Assembly: GCA_027604505.1 (NCBI GenBank)
Contig: JADIIX010000004.1
Coordinates: 186,001-250,000 of the forward strand
Direction: 5' to 3'
DNA from: Gonapodya sp. JEL0774
Taxonomy: Eukaryota
DNA: 64,000 nucleotides
Below, piece by piece: positions 1 to 13,500 of the stretch (position 1 is its first letter; every line of letters starts with the position of its first letter). The notes beneath the pieces were generated by a model. The model was not told where the DNA came from. It worked only from the letters and a program-made list of their open reading frames with translations, and did not search any database. The position numbers and the translations under genes are program-made.

Positions 1-79
1 ATTTGTTCGCTCAACGAGACGGTTGAACGTGCCACCTCGATCAATCTTCAATGTTTGTGCAGATGATAACGCCACGAAG

Positions 80-595
80 CTACGGTCCCTCGATGTTTGA
101 TTTTGATCCATAGAGGACATAGCTAATAGATGAGAGCCACCAAGAGCAGTCGTTGATGAGTTGAGAAATAGGTGGTTGGTGGGTGCGGGGACATAACTGT
201 TTCGGTGTGGTGTCCCACTCTTCCTTGGAACGACGATTGGGTGCAGAGCACGTAGCTAGAATGAAAAGCAATACAAAGTTGAAAAGAAGATGGAGGGAAT
301 CCCACAGCATCCTCAGTAAACTCGCCTTCTCTTGACGGCACTTCCTTTGCCACTCCTCCCTCTCCACATTTGCCTTCATTATCCTTCTCTGCCTCTCCGC
401 AATCACTTCTCTTGTTCGATCCACTTTCGCCACGAGTCTGATCCGTCTCTCCTCCCGTTGAAGTGCAATCTGACGACGGACTCCATTCTCAATGAGATCG
501 AATAAGTGGGCACCAGCTTGATCGTCAGAATGATGATGCCGAACGGGGGAAGGAAATACAGTCACTGTCCGTCTATTGTCGTCTAATGAACCCAT
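80..595 (-). CDS. Hypothetical protein with a charged helical segment and a hydrophobic stretch
   Basis: 171-aa ATG ORF with an R/E-rich segment followed by LLFNFVLLFILA; no family recognised. Confidence 0.3.
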   Translation of the reverse strand: MGSLDDNRRTVTVFPSPVRHHHSDDQAGAHLFDLIENGVRRQIALQREERRIRLVAKVDRTREVIAERQRRIMKANVEREEWQRKCRQEKASLLRMLWDSLHLLFNFVLLFILATCSAPNRRSKEEWDTTPKQLCPRTHQPPISQLINDCSWWLSSISYVLYGSKSNIEGP

Positions 596-707
596 CAGGT
601 TTTGAGTGCACTAACTGATATGTGAAGATGTCACAATTGCGAGTGTGTGGGCGGACTGTACCAGAAGCAGTCCAGCCAGCAAACACGGTTGAGAAGACCT
701 GTGCCTC

Positions 708-921
708 TTGGCTGTCACCATAATGACCACTCATTACATATTACGGGGAGACTCCCCAGGTAAGTTCCAGTTGTCGTGATGAAACGCAGCGAGTGAGAGA
801 GGTTCCCCGGCCCTCTTTCTCTTCCTTTCGTTCTTTGTGGACAAAACCACGGGTCCATTTTATGGACTCTCTATGTTTTGAACACCTTGCTGCTCAACAG
901 ACGACCGGGACCTGCTGTGTT
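708..921 (+). repeat. Dispersed repeat, copy 1 (probable transposon fragment)
   Basis: Matches the reverse complement of ~42349-42585; shared blocks gagagaggttcccc and ccttgctgctcaacaga..accgggacctgctgt. Confidence 0.75.
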
Positions 922-1008
922 GTCTCCACACATTCATGTGTGTATTTCTGTCGCAGATAACCCTCAATGGCACACATTTCTACTTCTCATTTTCTTTGTC
1001 TTTGTCAT

Positions 1009-3293
1009 TCACATCTTAGAATTCCTTCCTGTAGGACTGACCTCCTTGTTGTATGCAAACATGTACTAGAAGAAGGGGCAACCTTCAAATGAGAATACAA
1101 CATATCGGTAGATGGGAATTGGGCATACCTGCGCAACCCGCCTCATCTGAATCTCTTCTGATCCCTCCGTGATCCTGTAACGGCGATGGTGCCTGTAGAT
1201 ATGCTCAAACGGTTTATGCCTGCTGTACCCCATCCCGCCATGTATCTGAAAATTGGAATATAAATGGGTATTGGAAAACGTGAGTTTGGTGGTGGTGCGA
1301 AAACACGGAGGGTTGACCCACTTGCATTGCACGGTCCGCTTTGTACGCATCAAACGTGGTTAGACAATCCTGTCACCCTAAACCAACCCAACACTGCTAT
1401 CAACGCACCTGCTTCACAAACGAGACGGTTGGCGCGGTAGTTGCCTGCAAGAGCATGTCGATGCATTTGATTAACACCTTCCTTTGAAAAATGGGCATCC
1501 ACTCACACATCGCCACTTTGTCACTCAAGTATTTAGCGACATCTGGTTTCGACATTGTGTCCATCTGGGCTGCCGTCTGGCGAATCAGCAATCTGAGCAT
1601 CGCTGCCTCGGTGTGGTGTTCTACCAGAGGCTGGAAGGAATACATGACCAAAAAGACCCTTAGTCGCTGACTCTGCCCGAGATGTTTTCTATCGAGTGTT
1701 ACACACCCATTGAATAGCTTGGTTCGCAGATAACGGCTTCCCAAAACTTGTGATTTGCAAAACCGTTCAACGAACGAGATCAGAAGACGTTGCGCTTGTC
1801 ATTACTCACGGTTTTCGAACTTTCGCATATTTAACGCTCTCATCCTGAGCAACGGTATTCGAGATGTAATGCAGGATGACGAAAGACTTCATTATCCACA
1901 TCAACATCTGACAGCAAGCGAAAACCCACAATGCAATACTGCGCAGCGCCAAGAGAGCTAGCTGCCTGACGAATTCTGTTCTCGTGGACAAAGTGTTGTG
2001 CAAGAGCTAACTGTTGAAGTGGGAGGCTCTGCGTCAAACGACAATTCACCCGGTATGACTGCGCGTACTCACGCCGTCTTCGAATTCTCCGACAAAGGCA
2101 TTTGCAGGGACCCAGACATCCTTCAAACGGATTCTGGGATGATCAGTGGGCATGTTAAACCTTGAGGTGTCAAGATAAACGCCCAATTAGAAAGGAGACA
2201 CAGACTTGCTCCAATGAGTGAAGCTCACGTCCAGAGGTATTCCTCAATAATGAATCCCGGCGCGTTTGTGGGAACAATGAAACACGTTATTCCCCTGGGG
2301 TCTCCGGGCTTCCCGCTGGTCCTCGCAAATACAAAATCGTGCGTCGCGACATGCAGGCCGGTATTCCACATTTTCATACCATTGATTTTCCATCCATCTC
2401 CATCGCGAACCGCCTGAGTTTCCATCCATGTCGCATCGGACCCATGATGAGGCTCCGTGAGACCAAAAGCGATGCGCATGGAGCCATCGAGAAGTTTGGG
2501 GATAAAGTGAGCTTTTTGCTCTGGAGTCCCAAAGTCACGGAACATAAGAACTGTCTGAGGAGGTTACATGATTGAGCATAAATCTGAGAGAATGAACGGG
2601 ATAAACTTGTTCGATTCAAGCAGTCCCCACCGGCATGTTTCCAACAATTGAGCTTTCATTTTGAAGGTCGTTATGGAGTCCGAGCCCTTTGTGAGCAAGG
2701 TGTTCCCGAATAACTGCCACTATGACCAGGTTCCGACTGAGCCGATCCGAATACAATAACTTCGGACATTACGACTCACTGGCGAGATTCGATCCGTTGC
2801 GTCCACCGTACTCTTTGGGCAGGGGGAACCGGTAGTGACCAGCTTTGTCGGCACGTCGCCTCATCTGATTTGGGAAATTCCGACTTCCGAAACTCGAAAC
2901 ATTGAACAACAGGAGGAGCCTCTCACCTCCTTCAGAAGATCTTCCCATTCTTTTCTTGGCAATCCATCATTTTCGTAGTCGGTTCGCGCCCATTCACGTC
3001 GGTGATCGAAGCTGGTTTCAATAAATCGAGGAATTCCATATCATTATATCATTGTAGGAACAAAGTCTCACTGAAATCAAGCGTCGAGACCTACAATCGG
3101 ATGTTATCGTCCTGTTCCTGGAGAGGCTTGATCTCCCGCTCGATGAATTCGTCCAACTCTTTCAGGTCTGAATCGGCATGTCATCGAGAATTTTAGCAAT
3201 TGGCCCATCGAAAAAGCGCTTACATGCTTTGATGTCCTCTGGAATATCGTATAAAACTGCTTGCGATGCCTTGGCGTCAAGAGTCAGCGCCAT
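1009..3293 (-). CDS. Acyl-CoA dehydrogenase (multi-exon)
   Basis: Spliced model MALTLDAK...FDHRREWARTD...GLGLHNDLQNE...IAFGLTEPHHGSDA...QIHGGMGYSRHKPFEHIYRHHRRYRITEGSEEIQ; standard ACAD motifs. Confidence 0.93.
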
Positions 3294-3390
3294 TGTTGTG
3301 AAGAATAATTTCCGATTTCGATTTCGGTTGACTCAACCCGACCAACTACGTGCTGGGTACAGATTAACCTGCCACACCCAAACTCCCGCG

Positions 3391-4784
3391 ATGGGATCAT
3401 CAAACTCATCGGATCCGGCCACGAGTTTATCCACTCTCTGGCGACTCTCCTCTGCGTTCTCTCCTTCGAAATCCTGCCCTGTTTTGACGTGGAAAGGCAG
3501 AACTCTTGAACGAACACATTTTTGGCTGCTTTCACGCTCAACTTTGGAATCGCTTCCGACAAAGGCTCATGAATTAGATGAGGAAATAAGCTGTGGGAAG
3601 TCATATGATGAAGTGGCCGTTTTCGGATTCGTCGCTTTAGAATTCCTTCTCCTTGAGTCGCTTGAGGCTTGCAGAGATGAACAGCAAAACTTGAATTCAG
3701 ACTTGTATTACCGCTCGGGGGATGTCCTGATCTTCATCGATAAAATCGACAAGTCAGGGTTTGGCTTGTCTCGTGACAGCGGACTTGAACCCGAATCGCG
3801 AGGGGTTCTTCGGACCTTCGCTGAAGAGATCATCGGGTCGAATGTCCGAGGGTCCAGAGTCAGCCTCCACCTGACTGCTCGCCCTGCGCCATGGTATCTC
3901 TTCCCACGGAAGGAATGCACGTTCCGCGAGGACACTGCACCCGTAGAGTGCTCCAAACGTGAGCTCAACTCGCTCGAGCTCCTCCGATGGTGGGTCTCGA
4001 CGGTAGATATCATGGCCTCCACTATACGCACCTATCGGCCATCTGCAACGATCTCAAAATGTTGGTATGCCCCGGGATTCGATTCACCCCATGACTCAGC
4101 GCTGAGAGCGGTCAACGCAAGGGCGAGTAGGACGCAATGGGAATGGGGAATGCCCTATCCGATCACTTCAAGCGCACGTCATGTCATACCCGTGTTTCCA
4201 GATGACCCCATGGGTCGAATTCTAACCGGGACGGATGCAGACCTACGGGACGAGTCGGTGGCAGAATTTTGTGAACGCTTGGGGGTGAGCGGGGACAGTG
4301 GTATTGCGGCTGGGAAAGTCACAGGATCTTTGATTTTGAGGGTAGACTCTGGGCAGAATGAACAACTTGGCCCGGGGCAGGTCCCGCAGGGAGATTCTGA
4401 AGAGGGTGAGTACTGGGAGCATTCAACACTGACTGCTGATTGTTAACGTCGAAGCCTCATTGATTTCATTTCGTGTAATGGCCCTACTCACGAACGTTGG
4501 AAAACGCTGCCGCAGGCGATTCCACTCCCAGTATCACCTCGATTCTTACGACCCTCACAACCAAACTCGACTTCACGAATTCAATTTTGGCAGTCTCCTC
4601 ATCCCGGACGCTGCTTGCCCTTATGGTCAAATACCCTTTCCACCGTCGGACTGAATTTGTACAACGGCAGAATTCGATGCTGGTGGGCGTAAAAAGGAAT
4701 GTCGATGAGTGCGGTGCGGGAGCAGCCGACGGGGTGAAGGTGAACACCATTCTGAATGTGCGTAAGAAACCAAAGGTTAAATGA
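3391..4784 (+). CDS. RTT109: Histone H3K56 acetyltransferase Rtt109-like
   Basis: FIDKIDKSG, ARPAPWYLFP, LLRWW, IPVFPDDP, LDFTN and a basic C-terminus VNTILNVRKKPK match the fungal Rtt109 motif order; one probable intron near 4407-4490. Confidence 0.8.
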
Positions 4785-4941
4785 AACGATATTTGTGGTT
4801 TCTCATATTGTGGGTGATTTGTTTTATTCCTCATGATATCGGCGATCGAGCTAAAGTCTTTCTCGTACTTAGCAAATATCCTCTAAACAACTCCACCACC
4901 ACCGCCCACCGCTGAGTTTCTGCACAGTATTCATCACTTCA

Positions 4942-6938
4942 TCACTTGCTCTCTGTTGCCCATCTTACCATTGGCATCCTGTATATCCCACCTAACCTCC
5001 AATATGCATACCTGGTCCCCTCCCACACCCCCTTCAGAGCCTCGCCATCGCCAATCGCTTCCCTCCCACCCTTAACCTCCCCCGTGACCTCATCTGGTCC
5101 ATCAAATGGTACCTGAACCCACTCGGTATCGAAACCTGCGTCGGCTAAATCAACCTCCGCGACACGGCAGGCAACATCGTGGAAAAAAGTGTTTCCAGAT
5201 GCGAGGCCGTTAAAGAAGGAGTATACGCCCCCGCGGTCAGATGGGTCCGTAGGGTTAGGCCGCCGGAGCAAGTGTGGCAAGTAATCTCGATGCAGCGGCA
5301 GGAGTGACGTTTCGTAAACCTCCGAGAATGTATCAAAAAATACCGCATCGAACGAATTTTCCGGTATGCCTGCTTTTGCTAGTCCCTCCTTGCTTAAAGT
5401 TTCCTGCCATTTGCCTTGCAGGCAGTGTGCGCTTGGTCGTGTGGTGCTGGTCGTGGAAGGTAGGGAGAGAGAGGCTTGGTCAATCCAACCTGTTGACACC
5501 ATCCGCGAGAGCACCGTTGGGTGGGCTTCGCAAATGTAGTGCTGGAGGGGAAGGCGCCGTTGGATTGCTGTATCTACCATCCCCATTCCAAAGCCTGAGC
5601 AATTGACAATTAGGTTTCGTAGTAAACCGGGCCGCTACCAGGATAATTCAACGAGCCAGTCGAAGGGCCACATCTTCTACGCACCAATGTTCACTGCAGT
5701 AAGTTTTGGCATCTCGCCTGGTGCTGGCAGAGGGAGGATGGCCTGATTTAAGTGTCAGGAAGGTATCGGGTTGGCATTCTTGAACAGGTTCACGAACCAT
5801 ACAGACGTACCTCTGCCGTGGCATCCATGATGGGTCGCTCCCATTCCTGTCATGTTCGGGGGATGGGAAGGCGTTGGAAAGAAGCAAGCCGGTGAGGAGG
5901 AATCAGATATAATGCTCAAAGCAGGGAGGTTGTCTCATAAGTTGTAAGCATCTCAACACTGCCTAGCGGCTCCGGTTACGACCACCGCGTACAACCGAAA
6001 ATATCGTGAGCGGTCTAAGCCTCCGCCAATTCACCTTCCAGTCTAGCCCGCAAACGCCAATAATACAGCGCAACAGGTACAACTCTCCATCGCCAAAGCG
6101 CACTAGAACTGAAACACACCATTTCAATGGGGTTCCCTTCAACGTCCAGAAGTCTCTCGTTACCGTGTTCGTCATGTGAGTACGAAACTGGGTTGGCAAG
6201 GTATTCATCCAAACTTGTGCCAGTGCTTGCCTCCACATGGACGCCCTGTGGTGCATCAAGGTGGGCGATTGTAACCTCATTATCGTCAGTCGGGGGAACG
6301 GTTGTTTCGGTGGAAGACATGCCGGAAGTAAGCATGATGCGGCGGCCATTGACGTAAACCGATTTGGAGTGAACCGCCATATCTATGGCGGGGAGGGGAA
6401 AAGCGGTCGTTGTGGCAGTGGTTGTGGCGGCTACTTCTTCTAAGTCTTGTTCGGGGTTTTTTGCGAGTTGCTGTGCTTGGTCATCGCCTCCTTCCACAAC
6501 TTCGTCTTGTTCTTCATTCTCATCCACATCCAAATCCATAATAGCTCTGAGCAAGAGTTCACATCGTGCGCCCTCCTGCACAAGCTTGTCATAGAGTTCA
6601 TCGTGACCGAACTTTTTTGCGATTTCACCAGCGGTGAGGTAGTTATCATCTGTGCTGTTCCAGGGACAACCTAAAATGTAGGATTGTTGTAGGGAGAATT
6701 TGCGAGATAATATGTAAGGCAATGCACACGCACCACTATCAATGAGTAGCTCAACCAGTGGGATATTTCCAGTAGCAGCCGCAAGATGGAGTGCCGATTG
6801 GTGCGGAGGTTCAGGTGAGCACTCGTTGATCAGAGAGGGTTGGTCATTCAGATATTTTGTGATTTGCGCGAGGTCACCACTTGAGACGGCAGAAAGAAAG
6901 GATATGATCAAAGCAGAATCGTCCTCAGAGGTTGTCAT
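4942..6938 (-). CDS. RMT2: Protein arginine N-methyltransferase 2 (ankyrin + RMT2 domain)
   Basis: Ankyrin SALHLAAATGN, GCPWN, spliced MEWERPIM, GFGMGMVDTAIQ, HYICEAHPTVL, FDAVFFDTFSE, YSFFNGL. Confidence 0.9.
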
Positions 6939-7509
6939 TGCGATTCAGATTTGATTGCCTTGGGGTACTGATATGAAGGAGAAAATTGAGTGCTGGGAGT
7001 GGCAACGGCCGCTTCTGCAACACAGAAGCAGACAGAAGCTCCCACAAGAAGCGCCTTCAATTACCACAGCACATTCATTCCTCTTGATATTCGGCACTGC
7101 TGCTATACACGGGCTCGCAATTTTAGAGGATGGTCGGTAATGCAATGGAGGATGATTGGTCATGTCTGGTCAGCACATGAAATCAAAAGTAAAGAATGAA
7201 ACAACTGCGAGGGGTGGTCGAAAACTAAGAATATGAGAGAGGGTGGCAACGGGAAGCATTAGAGCGAAAACAACAGTCGAAAGACGTGGTTGTCAGTTTC
7301 TTGTAAGTAAAAGAATATCTTGAACGACATCTTCAATTTATTTCACTGCTCGAGAATTGATGCGAACGTAAAAACCACTGGACGAGGTGGTTTGAGAAAC
7401 ACCGTGAGAAAGCCTTGCTCTCTCGTTGGCGGCCACCAGGCCCATTTCCACACTCGCCTCAAAACAAGGAACATGGAGTGCCCCTTTCTCCCAACCCATT
7501 TCTAACCCA

Positions 7510-10500
7510 ATGTCCGACCCTCGGTGGCAGCCACGCATCCCTCCTTCCACGCAATCGCGCTTTCCTCAAGCTTCTCCCTCTCGTCCTTGGGGAATAGTCC
7601 CAATGCCAAATGTCCCAGTTAGGCAATTCAACGTCTCTCACCCCACTAGCGGCGAAAGCTACCTGCCTGCACCGCGAAAACCTGTCGCGCCACATAAGCA
7701 GCCGACAGCAAATGTGTCTCAGCCTGCTGTGTCGGCTAAACCGAACCCATTTTTGAAACAACACCCACCTGCGGGATTCAGGGGAATCGGTCTGCCATCC
7801 AGACCCAGTCCAAACAGAATGTTTCACGTTGGTACGCCGTCTGTAACGTCAGCACATCGAATTGGATCGCAGTCTGGAATAAAGCAGAGTGGAAATGTCG
7901 ACCTGTGAGTAGGAGAGGAATGAAACGGAATTCCTTCCTCGCCCAAGTCATTAAAGTCAGCCTGATCAGATTCGCTTTTACAAATGACATTCCTGTTTGA
8001 TTTACATTTTTTCTTCCTCCATGAACAAGTCCTTGCGAGGTTCCCCGGCACTTCGCCAACGCACGATCCTTTCCACTGTCAAGCGAACAGCCCACCAGAA
8101 CCATTTCAGAGATAGACACGGACAACCCTCTACCAGCATGTACTCTACCTGCCGGTGCCATGAAACACCCAACAAGTACGACTGTACGAGTTCACAGCTG
8201 GGAGAGAAGTGTATCCTCAGGATCGAATAGGCCGGGAAACTACAGGATCGACTCTACCAATTATCATCTTTCACAGCATTTTGGGCCAGTTTCAGTCCCC
8301 GAATTCGAATCTGACACGAGCGAGAGAACCGGAGGACAACAAAGCGGGGCAAATCCGTTCGGTGGCGCCATGGACCAATTCTCAGAATTCGATGACTATC
8401 AGCCTGACTTTGGAGTGGATATGGATGGTACTAGAGAAGATCCAGATGCCAGATCATATTCTCGTGAACAAACGTGGTTCTCACGCGGAACCGGTCTGCC
8501 ACGGGCCGATCCCGTACGCAATGGGCAGGAAACCCTTGATAATAGAGATGATTGGATTTACGGTGAAATGGAACCATTTTCTGACCACAATTCTGGTGGC
8601 GATCAATCTCCAAAGAGCCGTGGGCTTTCAGCCCATGAACGCCGTTTCGATGGGTCGATCAAACAAGGAGCACAACATTCGCAGTCGCCATCCACAAGAT
8701 ATAATGGTTTATATTATGGGCTGGATGTTGGGCCACAGGCTGTGGGTTTTGAGTACGGTGGGGCCAATCGGAATCCCTTACGAGGAGGACAGCGACAGGT
8801 GACGCAGGTGGGCACCTACAGCTGATTGATACCCACTTATTGCTATCTACATACTGATCACGTCTCCTGCCGTGTTCTCTATTTTTACCTCTGACTTCCG
8901 CAAATGGTCCCCCCCCCCCGCCCCCCCCCCCCCCATAGTGTGTTTCAAACGTCCCGCACGTCGACTACGTCCAGTCAGACACTTCCGAGCATATTTTCGC
9001 CCGGAGCGGCTATGAGAACGTACACGCTCAGGGAAACGGAGGTAGGGTCGCAAATGCTATTTTTCTCTAACTCACCGCCATCACGTTGTTTCTATAACGA
9101 CCTACAGGATTCAAAGAGAACCAGAGTCTTCAGGTAGCAGGAGGGCAGCTACGAATGATCGCAGATGTTATACGTGAGTGTACATCTGTGGACTGGAAAC
9201 TCGTCTATGGCGTTCATTCCTCATAAACTTCACTCCAATGCTATAAACCCTTCTCGTTATTGAAGCACCTTCGTTTCGTTCCCTCTTCCAGTTTCCCCAC
9301 TTTAACGCGATGCAGTCCGCTTGTGTGGATGTGGTGAGCGGCAAACACACTAATGCTGATGATACTATCCATGCATACTCACCTCTTTCTCTTCCTAGGC
9401 ACTCTTCACCGATCGAAATCTTGTTGTTTCGGCGCCCACGGGATCCGGCAAGACTTGCGTTATGGAGGTGAGGCATTTCCAAGTTTCATGCTCCAATGTC
9501 GGATTCTCACCGATCCATTCCAGCTCGCCATCCTTCACACCCTCCTGCCGTCACTCCGCTCAGATCCGAGATCGACATCTTCTGATGCTGTAGTGCTGGA
9601 CCCCAAGATTGTCTACCTTGCACCGACAAAGGCGCTGGTTTCGGAGCGTGCACGGGATTGGTCGGCTAGATTCGGGGGCGTGGCTGCAGCGGCGGGACTG
9701 GGTGGGAGCGGTGGTTGCAGAATTGTGGCTGAGCTGACGGGGGACTCGTTGGTTTTCAGTATCGCTGCTGAGCATGTATCTCAATTGACATCCCACGGTT
9801 TGTCAATTTCAGGGATTACCGTCAAGTGCAAGATATACAGAAAGCTACCATTATTGTTTCGACTCCCGAGAAAGTTGGTTGTTATTTCTTGGTGTTGTTC
9901 GTCACCTTACTGATTTGGATGAAGTGGGACTCCCTTACTCGCCGCTTTCGAGACCATCGTGCTCTTTTCCGACTGGTCCGACTTGTTCTGCTCGATGAAG
10001 TTCACGTGCTCGGCGAGCCTGGTCGCGGTGCAGCCCTCGAGACAGTCGTGGCACGAATGAGAACAATTGATAGGGATTTGAACGGTGGAGCAAGAAGTGG
10101 GACTTTGAGAGTAGTCGCGATGAGTGCGACAGTCCCTAACGTAGGGGATGTGGCAGAGTGGTTGGGCGGGGCGGAAGTCAGAGTGTTCGGTGAAGAATTT
10201 AGGCCCGTGAGTGCACCCATGGGCGCTACCGGGACCTTGCTCTTCATTGATCCTGATTGGGTAATAATATCAGGTTCAGCTTGAGCGGTTTGTTTATGGT
10301 TTTGCAGATGCCAGTAACCCATTTCTGTTTGAGAAGGTGTGTCACCTTCTCACACACCATGCATTCATTTACTCAGAAGTGATCCTCTTATTAAGTTGCT
10401 CAACTACAAACTTCTGGATATAATTAACAAACATTCGCATGGTCAAGCTACTCTCGTGGTTCGATTTTGTCTATCAATCATTTTCTTGGTTCTGTCTAAC

Positions 10501-13500
10501 AATTATGCAATACCAGTTCTGTTCAACCCGGAAATCAACTGTATCGGCTACAGATGATGTGATTAAATCTGCTCGCGACGCTAATGTATCATTTGTTTGC
10601 ACCGAATCCCAGCGATCTAGACTAAAATTCGCTACGACAAGCGTGGGCGACAAAAAGCTCAAGGAAGTGCTTGTGAATGGAGTAGCTTTTCACCATGCAG
10701 GTGTGTTTTGAAAATATCGCCGTTTGCACAAGATTGCTCAACATAGAGATCGCCCTGTTCTCTCAGGCCTCGAGTCTGGAGATCGCCGCATTGTCGAACG
10801 GTTGTTCTTGGATGGACTTTTGAGATTGATTTGCACAACGACAACACTCGCAGTTGGAGTAAACCTTCCAGCACATCTCGGTCGGTTATTGCCTGATCGT
10901 TCACATGTGGACCACAGTAACGAATGAAGGTATTTTGTACACACAGTTATCCTGAAAGGTACTCAGCAATACGCGAACGGCAAGTACTCTCCATATTCTG
11001 AGCTTGATATAATGCAGATTCTGGGTCGTGGTGAGCACTGTTGTATGTACGATTATTGTCCCGAAGTTCGTTGACCAGTGTGATTCATTTGTCAACTGTA
11101 GCTGGTCGTCCACAGTTTGATGACACAGGTGTGGCCGTTATCCTTACAACTACCGATCGAAGAGATTTCTATGAAAACCTTGTGACGGGGAGGTCTGTTG
11201 TGGAGTCGCAGGTGATTGACATGTAAATTGTGCTGCTGAGTTCACAAATTAAACAGGTTTTGATCTATAGTTGCACGAGGATCTTGTAGAACAGTAAGAA
11301 TTGCGTTATTGTTGTTTATCGTGTGACATTTACAACAACCAAGCCATCAGTTTGAATGCAGAGATTTGTCTTGGCACAGTCAATTCCATCCCTCGTGTTA
11401 TTTCATATCTTCGCCAATCATTCTTCTATATTCGGCTAAGGAAAAACCCCCTTCGTTACGGAGTCGATTTGAACAACACATCAAATGGAGGAGGGCTGGT
11501 TGATCGCAAGCTTGCGGAGCTTGCACGCACAAACGTAGATAAACTGAAAGCCAACGGGCTTGCGGTTGTCGACCCAGTCTCCAAGCTTATTGTGGCAACC
11601 GAGATAGCCCACGTCATGGCCAAATATTACATTCAGCTTGGTCAGTGATTCACCACAATCGTTGCACGTGAAAGGTTTGAGTGCCAATCGCATTACCCCC
11701 CGTCTGAATACTTAGAAACAATGATCCAGGTACAGTTTCAGTGAGCTGTTTTTCGTAATATCTGCCACCGAATCTCAACGGTAACACCGCTATATATGAG
11801 ATTAACTCGCTCCCAAGAGGCACCGAGTGCACTGTTCGGTCTGTTTTGGAGGCTCTGTCAAAGGCTGCTGAGTTCGCAGATGGACACCGCCTGCTTCCAG
11901 GCGAAAAAACAGCAATAAACAGTGAGTTAACTAGGAACGCAAGAGTCACGAACTTCTCCGTTGATGACCTCTTATCAATCCCCCCGAGAATTTAACAAAG
12001 AAAAGAGATCCGTGCTGAAATTTCCACCTAAAGCCTCTGGAAGAGTGAAAGACATATCGGATAAAGTTTTCTTTGTGATTCAAGTGCGTCTGAGAGATCG
12101 TTGATCACAAATAATCGAAACTGAGATGTGGAACTGTGTCTCCAACAGTGCGTCTTACAGGGCCTAGATCGCTCTGCTACCGACACGCGCCTGTCGCTTA
12201 TGCTTGGCCAAGAGAGCAGTAGTATTCTACATTGCGCGTCACGCATTGCCAAAGGTGTGGTTGGCGTCACATTGAAGGTTCGATTTTCAATCATCATGCT
12301 CCTCACCGATTTTCAGCTTTCGTCGAGGTTGCAGCCATTAAGAAAGATGCTCACGCTGTACGCTCAGCACTAAAACTGCAAGTTCTCTCCTGGGTCGTGA
12401 CGGCTTTGCAAGAAGCTGTTAGCTGACGCCTAACTTCTTCACATTATCACGTGTTCGATTGTAGGCTACAAGCGATTCAGGCGCGAACATTTGAAGATGC
12501 AGGAATGGTTCTAAGACAGGTTGAGGGCATTGGTGAGAAGTGTTCGCTCAGCCAATGACTGAGTGCAGGTAATTGTGTCTAACGATACGTGGGAAATGAC
12601 CTTGACGACTCCACTAGGACCAGAATTCGCCAGAAAGCTCAGTCTTGCAGGAATCAAGACTATTGATCAGCTTCAAAAAGAGGATATCGTTCGATTGGAA
12701 AGGATCCTTGGTCGAGGTCCATCGTTCGCACGGAACGCAATCGAAGCAGCCTCAAAATTTCCTTCGTTCACGATGACCATGAAGCGACTGAAAGATTACA
12801 CTGACCCGCACGTAATGGAGCTTTTTGTCGAAGTTAAGGTGAGCTTTCATCAGAATCACAACAGTACAAGCCAGCACTTGATAGTTGTTTTCACAGCAAA
12901 CGAATGCAAATTGGAAGCCGTTTTCAAAGGTCCGAGGACGGGCATCGCTTCGGGTCGCCTTTGTTGTAACAACTAACGACGACGCACAGCTATTTGAGTT
13001 CTCAGAAGTCCCGTGAGTTTGTTGCACATACATTGTTCACGGTCATTTTACGACTTTCAAAATGGTGCATAGTGCCAATCGAATTTCCGAGGGTTGCAAC
13101 TTCAGGGTGAAGACTAGTTTATCCAAGATTGGCCAAAAGATCATGGTTTCGCTCATTCCCGAGGATATGGTGGGTTTCGACACGGTGAGTCGTTAAACCG
13201 CTTGCAAATGAAGAGGTGGCAGTTCACTGAGGACGTGGGACGCGGAAGCACGAGGAAGTAGAAGTAAATGTTGCACCCCGCCAAGTCATTGTCACTGGAA
13301 ATCTGAGTGCAATGAGCTCAGTCCCAAATGTGAGTTATTTTTGTTTCCTTGGTGGACACGTTGTCAAAACAATTAGTGCGAATGAGTTCCCTGCTACATC
13401 CCATCTTGGCAAAAAGGTTATTCAGTCACCCTATTTTGTTAATCAAAACTCAGTTGAGAACAGGGATGTTGACTATGATTTCGGTTCTCTACCAGAAGGC

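Noticed and set aside
1009..3293. Recent horizontal transfer of a bacterial-like ACAD
   Set aside because: The gene is intron-rich and this subfamily also occurs in other fungi; the claim cannot be supported without a phylogeny.
8908..8934. Poly-C tract in MER3
   Set aside because: It reads as polyproline or a sequencing artefact; nothing else supports a function.
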